IMG/VR virus record: IMGVR_UViG_3300020042_002824
DNA from: a virus
Taxonomy: Duplodnaviria > Heunggongvirae > Uroviricota > Caudoviricetes
Reading direction: 5' to 3' (one strand)
Length of the DNA stretch: 64,000 nt
Shown here: positions 56,189 to 64,000 of the stretch, piece after piece
Position numbering within the stretch: position 1 is the first letter of the stretch
How the letters are laid out: each line of letters begins with the position of its first letter
Translations under genes and position numbers: made by a program
Notes under the pieces: model-generated
Database searches by the model: none
What the model was told of the DNA's origin: nothing
The model's input: only the letters and a program-made list of their open reading frames with translations

Positions 56189-59029
56189 ATGGCATCTTTT
56201 ACTGACAAACTATCACAATTTAACCCATACATCCAGGAACTGCCAGTTCAGGAGATGTACCAGGTTGGTATGGCCAAACAGGCCCAATACAACCAAGGTG
56301 TGCAAAAAATCCAGAACTACATTGATAGGGTGGCTGGGGTAGACGTGTATAGAGATGTAGATAAACAATATCTTCAGTCAAAGCTAGGTGAATTAGGTAA
56401 CAACTTAAAGACAGTGGCAGCAGGTGATTTCTCCAACCAACAGTTGGTTAATTCTGTTACTGGTATGACAGCACAAATATCTAAGGATAAATTGATTACA
56501 AATGCTATATCATCTACAGCTTCTTATAGAACTGGATTAACTAAAATTCAAAAAGACACAGAAGAGGGTAAATCTAATCCAGCCAATATATATAACTTCA
56601 ATAAACAAGCTCAACCTTGGTTAACTTCTACAAAGCCAGGAGAATCATTTAATGGTTCATACTCTCCTCACTTTGATATCATGAAGTTTGCTAAAGAGCA
56701 ATTTGATGCTATTAAACCAGGCAAGTGGTCATTTGATCAATTGTATGAAACAGATGCTCAAGGCAATTATAAGTTTGATATTGTAAAAGATAAGAAGGGT
56801 AACATTATAAAACAAACTCCTGTTGTTTCTCCTTACATGGTAAGAATGGAACAAGAGGGTAGACTACCTGCAGAGGTTAAAGCTACACTTGGTCAGATCT
56901 TTTCTGATCCTAGAGTGGCTAAACAACTTAATATTACAGGAGAGTATAACTATGCAAACATAGATGAAAGAGGTCTTGTAGATATGGTGTATGCTCAAAG
57001 AGATGAAAAGACAGCAGGATATAATGATAAGATAGCTGAACTTACATTGAAGAAAACATTAGAAAAAACTGATGAAGGTAAGAAGTTTATTCAAGGAGAA
57101 ATAGATCAGCTTCAAAGCAAAGCTGATGGTGTTAAATCTTCATATGACCAAATAGCACAAGCAGCTTATAAGAACCCAGATTATGTAAGAGGATTTGTTT
57201 ATAAAGAACATTCTTTAGATAACTTACAAGGTATGTTTGGTTCAGTGAAAGTAAGCAAGCAAGCTATGGATAGTCCTCTTTGGCAAGCTAACTTTAAGGA
57301 GTATCAAGAGGCTAATGATATGAAAGAAGCAGCTGCTGAACTTGCTTTTAAATATACTAACTTAAAAGAACAATCTAGACAAAAAGATTTAGATCGTGAG
57401 AATGCTCTTAGAATAGCAGCAATGAAAGGTCCAGGTGGTACAAAGAAACCTGGAACTGGTCCTGATGATGAAAGAGGACTTGAGTTTGCTGAGAACCCAT
57501 CTAGTATGGATGTAATTGTAAACAGTGAGCAGATAAAAACAAATGCTGCCACTGACATGCTAACTACAGGAAATGAACTTGTATGGTCAGGTTTCTTTGC
57601 TAACAATCCAAAAAACATCCAGTCATTAAATAAACAAATGGCATTGGGTAAAACAAGAGAGCAGGGTATTGAAACCATTTTAAAAAATACTGCTAATGCT
57701 AATAAAGAACCATATACAGACTTTATAACAAGATGGTCTGATAAAGTGGTAACTGAATTAAAAACAAAACCAGGTGGAGTACCCCCTGCTTTAGGTGATG
57801 CATATAACTTGTTTAAAAAGAAGCAAAAGACATTTCAATCTATATCACAAGAATCAGCAGATGTTAATGAACAAGTGGCTAAAGAAGTTGGTACTGATTT
57901 AGCAAACATTATCAATAATGTAGAAATTAAAGATACACCAATGAAGTTTCAAGGTAAGGATGTTATAGTTACCAAAGAAGACTTTTATGACTTAGCTTTG
58001 TATGCCAAAGGTAATGTCACTGTAGGTGGGTATTTTGATGATAAGATTCATAAAGAAAACGCTAAAGCTGCTGAAGCTAGATTAACTAGCAGAGGCAAAT
58101 CTTTTTTAATTCCTACTGTTCTAGATAAGTTTGCTACTAGCTACCTTAGTCCTTCAGGAGTTTTAAGAGATTTTAAAACTACAGCAAGACAAGCAGTAGA
58201 GTTACTACCATTTACAGATGATGTTTATTTAAGAAATCCTAAAGGATGGCAAGTAAACGTAGATACTAGAGGTGACTTTGAAAACAATTTAAAAAGGGTT
58301 TATAAGGTAATAGATACTGAAGCTTCAGCAAAAGCATTGACTAGAAAAGCTGAACTTCTTCAAAGTAAGAGCTTCTTCAAACCTGATGTTAAGATGCCTA
58401 TCCTTACAGGTGATACTGAAACAGATAAGCAAACACTTAATAACATTAGAAGATGGACACTTGACTATGGAAAATCTGGAAAGAATTTATCAGTCTCAGG
58501 TGAACTAGATGGAATGTTAGAAGCTATTAGAGGAGACCTATCAGATATTTCATTAGAAGCAAAGACAATGACAGGTCCTGGTGGAAAGAAAGTTATACAA
58601 ATATTAGGAACTGATTTAAAGACTAATAAGTCTGGGTCTATTGTGATTGCAGATGATGAAGCAAAAGGTCTTGGTATTGATGTAAGTGGATTGTATGAAT
58701 CAGATGAAGTTACTAATGTAAGACGTGCTCTAAGAAGAAGTCCAATAGGTTCTACATCTAAATTAGATCCAGGAGATGTTTCTACATATACCAAAGCAGA
58801 TTCATACTTTGAGAAGTTTGAATTCCCAAGAATGGTAGGTAATGGTAACTATGACATGCAAGCTAATGTGGTGAAAGCCAATGATTTATATTATGCATAT
58901 GTTTATACATCTACAGCAGATGGTGGTAAGAGAACTGTAAAAGCATTACCAGGAGATCCAAATTTAGAGGTTGTTATAAATAAATTGAAATCACTAGGTC
59001 CAGAATTTGCACAAGCTGCTTTAAAATAA
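56189..59029 (+). CDS. large virion protein (946 aa)
   Basis: Long ORF. Confidence 0.5.
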   Translation: MASFTDKLSQFNPYIQELPVQEMYQVGMAKQAQYNQGVQKIQNYIDRVAGVDVYRDVDKQYLQSKLGELGNNLKTVAAGDFSNQQLVNSVTGMTAQISKDKLITNAISSTASYRTGLTKIQKDTEEGKSNPANIYNFNKQAQPWLTSTKPGESFNGSYSPHFDIMKFAKEQFDAIKPGKWSFDQLYETDAQGNYKFDIVKDKKGNIIKQTPVVSPYMVRMEQEGRLPAEVKATLGQIFSDPRVAKQLNITGEYNYANIDERGLVDMVYAQRDEKTAGYNDKIAELTLKKTLEKTDEGKKFIQGEIDQLQSKADGVKSSYDQIAQAAYKNPDYVRGFVYKEHSLDNLQGMFGSVKVSKQAMDSPLWQANFKEYQEANDMKEAAAELAFKYTNLKEQSRQKDLDRENALRIAAMKGPGGTKKPGTGPDDERGLEFAENPSSMDVIVNSEQIKTNAATDMLTTGNELVWSGFFANNPKNIQSLNKQMALGKTREQGIETILKNTANANKEPYTDFITRWSDKVVTELKTKPGGVPPALGDAYNLFKKKQKTFQSISQESADVNEQVAKEVGTDLANIINNVEIKDTPMKFQGKDVIVTKEDFYDLALYAKGNVTVGGYFDDKIHKENAKAAEARLTSRGKSFLIPTVLDKFATSYLSPSGVLRDFKTTARQAVELLPFTDDVYLRNPKGWQVNVDTRGDFENNLKRVYKVIDTEASAKALTRKAELLQSKSFFKPDVKMPILTGDTETDKQTLNNIRRWTLDYGKSGKNLSVSGELDGMLEAIRGDLSDISLEAKTMTGPGGKKVIQILGTDLKTNKSGSIVIADDEAKGLGIDVSGLYESDEVTNVRRALRRSPIGSTSKLDPGDVSTYTKADSYFEKFEFPRMVGNGNYDMQANVVKANDLYYAYVYTSTADGGKRTVKALPGDPNLEVVINKLKSLGPEFAQAALK

Positions 59030-59034
59030 TAAAG

Positions 59035-62000
59035 AATGCCAGAAGAAAAAGTAATTAATTTAGGGACAGGTGATGCTACACAACCTACCTCTGAACCAAA
59101 AGTTGTTAACTTAGGTGGTCAGGCAAAGTTTCAAGACGTTAGTTTTGATGTTCCTTCAATTGATAGCAAGACAGGAATTGCAGGTGGTAATATGTCTGCT
59201 GAAGATATATGGAATAATATTACTCCAGAGAAAACTCGTGTCCCTCAACTTCCCACTTCTTCAATATATATTGGCAATAGATATAAAAGCAGTAGACCAT
59301 ATGAAACTGATCTAGAGGAGAAGTATGCACAACAACAAAGTGCATTAGATCAATGGAAAAATGGTGCATTAAAGTTTGTAGGTACAGCTACCAATAGTTT
59401 TATTTCTGGTACAGCTGGTACTGTTTATGGCTTAGGTGCTATGTGGAGAGATGGTAGATTCTCTTCTTTATTTGATAATGAAATTAATAGGAAGTTGGAT
59501 GATTCATACAAGGCATTAGAAGATGCACTTCCTAACTATATGACCCAGAAGCAAACTGATGCTAACTGGTATTCCCCTGATTATTTATTAACAGCTAACT
59601 TCTTTTCTGATGGTATCCTTAAAAACTTAGGATATTCATTAGGTACAATAGGAGGTGGTTTTGCATGGAGTAAAGCCATTAAAGCATTAGGCATAACAAG
59701 TAAGTTAGTCAAAGCAGGTCAAGGTCTAGAAGCAATGACAGCTGTAGAAGAATCTATGTCTGCAGTTCCTAGACTACAAAAGTTTGCTGCTTTTGATGGT
59801 GCACTTAACTCTGTAGCACAGAAGTATTTGAAGTCACCAGCAGCTTCTATATTAAGAAACTCAGACAGAATCATTACATCTGCTACAGGTACATTTGGTG
59901 AAGCAGGATTGGAAGGTCTTCATAATATGAATGTTTTTAGAGAGAACGCTATTGAAGAATATAGAAATAAATATGGTGAAACTCCTACAGGCAAAGACTT
60001 AGATTCTATTAATGAGTACACAGACAAAGTGGGTAACTTCACATGGGGAATGAACTCATTGTTACTTACAGCAACAAACTATATTCAACTTCCAAAGATA
60101 TTGGGTTCTTCTAAGAAAGCAGATGCTGCAATCATCAATGATATTGAGCAATCAGTAGTTGGTGGAGAGTGGGCTAAATACTTACCAAAGACAAGAATTG
60201 GTAAAATAGGTAGTGGTATTAGAAATGTTGGTGGTCTTATTGTATCTCCTTCAGAAGGATTTGAAGAGGGTTCACAATTTGCTATTCAAACTGGTGTTAA
60301 TGATTATTTCAATAGAGCATACAGAAACAGAAAAGATGTTTCTAGTTTCCTAAATAACATGAATGATGTTATGGGAAACATAACTAGCTATGGTATAGAT
60401 CAAACATTGTATACTAAAGAGGGTATGTCAAACGTACTTATAGGTGCGTTGTCTGGTGGTTTACAACAAGCTGGATATGCAGGGTCTTACCAAGATGAGC
60501 AAGGTAAAACTAAATTTGGATTTGGTAAGTCTGGTGAACTAGGAGAAAGAGGATTTTTTGGATATGGTGGTGAGAGAGGTAGAAATACAGACATAGCAAT
60601 AGAAGCGTTAAATAAAACAAACTCTTCAGCTGTTCTAAAAGATCTAGCTAACTATATTGGTATTGGTATTGGTTCTCAGAAAGCAAGACAAGCTGCTATC
60701 GTAGCTAATGATAAAGTGACTGAGAAAGATATGGAGCATGACTTCACTCTATCATATCTAATGCCTAGAGTTAAGTATGGTAAGATAGATGCTGTTGCCC
60801 AAGAACTATCCTATTACAAATCTCAAGCTATGGATAACGTAGGCTTTGAGGAATTAGTAGCTGATGGTGTAGTTAATGCTAATGAAACTAAAGAACAATT
60901 TGTTCAAAGACTTGATAACTTATCAGCGTTAGCTAAGCAGGTAGAAGATACCTATTCTATGGTTAGAGAAAGATATTCTAACCTTGTTGATAAGGAAGGT
61001 AACAAGTTGTATAATGATAAGGTGATAGACAAACTTGTATACGCTACAGCCAAAGTGGGTAACTATGATGTGCGTATTCCACAAGTGAATTCTATTTTAA
61101 ATGAGGCAGGTATTAACACTGGTCAAATACTACAAAGTATCATTGCAGGCAATGAGCCTAACAAACAAGCTACACAGGATGTATTAGATCAAATCAACAG
61201 CATGGATGTTATATCTGATGTTAAAGAAGATCTTAAAACTGCGTTGGCTGATGTTGTTGACCTTTCATTAAACAGAAGAAAATACATTCAAGAATATGAT
61301 GCTATCAAACAAGATCCCAAGGGGTATGAGGAGATGGACGAAGAGTTTGGTGCGGAGGAAGAGGTACCAGTTACTGTTGAACAAAAGATTGCAGCAGCAA
61401 AGAAGAAAGGCAAAGCTAAGATTGTTGAGAAGAAGTTAGAGATTGGTAAAGTGTATTCTCTTAAAGAGCCAGTCTTGGTACAAGATGGTAAATTAATATT
61501 TAAGCCAACGCTAAGTGTATTATCACAAACTTTAGGAGGAGAACTAGAAGTTCAACTTCCTACAGGTGATATAGCATTTATGACTCCACAACAGTTTAGA
61601 GACTACAATATTAGCGAAGATGAAACAGCTGAAGAGTTAGGATATATATTAGATAAGGCAATTGATAAAGTATTAAATAAGAAGAAGTATAGTGACATTG
61701 CTAAGCCTGAGGAAGGACAAAGCAAGATGGACTATGTAAACTCTTTAGACAATCCTGAATTAGTTAATGATATAGTTAAAGAGTTTGATGAACAATCAGC
61801 AGACTTTTTAAAGAACAGAGAGGCTGAAATAAAGAATCAAAAAGGTAATGCTCAAGTCCTTTCTACATCAGATACTGAATCAGTTCCAACAGATGTTCCT
61901 GTTCCAACAATATATGTAACTGATACAGATAATAGAAAAGATACCAATGTAGTTCCTAGAGCTACAGTTGCTACACAACAACTTCCTGGTTATAAGAACT

Positions 62001-64000
62001 CTGTTGCATTTGGTGCAAACCTATACAACTTTCCTAACAGAGAGAAGATACGTGGTGTATATGTTACATTAGCTAATGAAGAAATATTAGGACTTGGTGG
62101 ATTAATGAATCACATCAAGGGAACTAGTGATGTAGATCCTGCTAAGACTATTGCATTAGTAATGGTTGAGCAATCAGGAAATGGTGTAAAGCTTGTAGGT
62201 GTTGATGGACAATCAATAATAGGAAGCAACTTTGATAAGATTGTGTTCCAAGTAATGCCTGACCCTAAACTCCAATGGAGTGAAAAGTATGGTGGTAAGA
62301 GCATGTTCAGAGAGGGAACTCCTGATAATGTAATAAAAGCCATTACTAAAGAGTATACAAAGTTTGTAGAAGATACATTAGAAAATAAAGAACTTGAACC
62401 TCATAAGATAGAAGCATCTTTTGGTATACCTCAACCAGTGGTAGACACTGAAGGTAAACTTGTAGAGAATGCTAGAACAGGTGTAACAGAAGCTGGATTG
62501 ATCAAACAATCTGATTTAGCTGAGAAGCCTGTAATCTATGTTCCAACATTGGGAGACGGTGTAATATCAAGAGGATCAACACGTTATACCAAAGCATTAG
62601 GAAAACCATTCCTAATTGGAGCTAATGGTTATGTTGCTTTACAAAACAAACAACATAGTTTACAAGAAGCTACATTAATATATGATGCTATTTACAGACT
62701 ATCACAAATCAAATACACAGATGGTGATCTTAGTTCTGCTGAAGCCACTCGTTTATTAGAATGGTTAAGAAGTGTTGTATACTGGGGTAATCCAAAGAAC
62801 CAAGCTGGTGTTAATAGTATATGGTTTGACAAAGCAGGATTGATAGGATTGAAATTAAATATTTCTAATGAAGGTATGAACGTACCATTCAGTCCTATTG
62901 GTATTGAATCAAACAAAGATAAGATAGTTGAGCAAGTACAAAAGATGTATGGTAATATAAGATCTGCTTATGTTGCTAAAGATTTGTCTAATTGGAATAA
63001 ACCATATGAGCAAATTACATCTGTAACTGCTGATGGTGTTATTAAATCTAAGACTTGGAAGAACTATCAATCATATTTATTATCTACAGAAGGTAGAACT
63101 GGACAAGAGACTCCTCTCACTGTACCTATCAGACCAACAAAAGGTGTGGGTGATACAAACAGAGAAGGTATCTACTTTGTAGTTACAGACACTGCTGATA
63201 GATATGCAGGTGTAGTAGATAAAGTTGGTAAAGAAAAACCAACTCTATTAACTCCTGGTGCTGTAAGAACAGGTGAGTTAGCTGAGACAGCTACAGCTAG
63301 ATATATTCTTGATAATCAAACACCTAATGTAATTGACAATCCTCAATTAGGAAAGATTACATTTGTAGCTGATGCTAAAGAACTTGAGACTAGTGGTGGT
63401 AAGAAAGGTATTAGTTTAGTTCAAGATGATCCAGGTAATACTAAAGCTATTGAAGCATTAGCTAAGAGTAGAAACATTGACAAGAAGAAAGCTACAGATC
63501 TTTTAGTAGCATCTATATATCAAAAGGTTGCTCCTCAACAAGCAGCACAATCTATTGCTCCTATTTCTGCTGAAGAAGCTGATATAGAAAAAAGAAGAAA
63601 AGAAGAGTTAGATAAGTATAAATCAGGAGACATTACAGTAGCTGGAGTTAAAGCTATTAATGCTAAATATAATGCAGAATTAAAAGCTTTAAATGTAAAA
63701 CCTACTACTAAAGCTGAAGAGAAGCAAGCTGCACAGATTGTTACAACTACTCTTGACGCAGAAGAGTTAATCAGAAAACAATTAAATAGCATGGGTGATG
63801 ATGCTCCTTTTCGTATTAAGACTAAGGATCAAATCACTAAGTTTGAAAAAGAAGACTGGCCTAAGATAGAAGCTTTCTTTAAAGCAAACTTCCCTAACAT
63901 TCCTTTATACAGAGTTAAGAATATAATCAGAGGAACTAATGGATTAGAAGCTTGGGGTATGTTAAAGAATGGTGGTGTATATGTATATGCCAACGCAGAA
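59035..64000 (+). CDS. giant virion protein, N-terminal 1655 aa only (runs off window end)
   Basis: ATG at 59035 (MPEEKVINLGTGD...), 6 nt after the previous stop. Stop-free to the window end. Not in the ORF track because no stop lies inside the window. Confidence 0.5.

Noticed and set aside
51133-58794. Minus-strand ORFs inside the large plus-strand virion genes (51133.., 52324.., 54018.., 54549.., 55692.., 57304.., 58465.., 62110.., 62692.., 63535..)
   Set aside because: Antisense artefacts within long plus-strand ORFs.

Overview
This 64-kb window is AT-rich and looks like part of a tailed double-stranded-DNA phage genome. The organisation is typical of phages of Bacteroidota (possibly crAss-like), but that assignment is inferred from gene order and composition, not from a database hit. 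It has two divergent, densely packed gene blocks.

Block 1 (1-22222) is entirely on the minus strand and carries the DNA-metabolism module:
- an HNH endonuclease;
- a protein with a DnaJ-type zinc finger immediately followed by a 785-aa Hsp90/HtpG-family GHKL ATPase;
- uracil-DNA glycosylase;
- a DnaG-like primase with a degenerate zinc-binding domain;
- an SSB-like protein with an acidic DDDSDF tail;
- a Sak4/AAA_24-like P-loop ATPase;
- a DExH (SF2) helicase;
- a DnaB-family helicase;
- a metallophosphoesterase;
- a small family-B DNA polymerase flanked by two paralogous ~70-aa genes;
- many small hypothetical genes, including a signal-peptide protein and two small membrane proteins.

A largely non-coding switch region follows (22223-24942). 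Its first ~1.2 kb is ORF-free and carries palindromes. It also contains two isolated minus-strand genes, a G-tract iteron-like array that is unusual in this AT-rich genome, and direct repeats.

Block 2 (24943-64000) is on the plus strand:
- small early-type genes (a membrane protein, an HU-like protein, a zinc-finger protein);
- a T4-type large terminase, a portal, an SPFH/band-7 protein, an acidic scaffold-like protein and a putative major capsid protein with codon usage typical of highly expressed genes;
- several tail and fibre-like proteins with poly-Thr/Ser linkers;
- two rho-independent terminators;
- five very large virion proteins (810 to more than 1655 aa), the last of which runs off the window.

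The most striking candidate system is the adjacent Hsp90-like ATPase and DnaJ-zinc-finger protein pair (906-4776), which may be a phage-encoded chaperone/co-chaperone module. No CRISPR array or rRNA was seen, and no tRNA could be recognised by eye. Functional calls rest on motif recognition by reading the translations; no searches were run.
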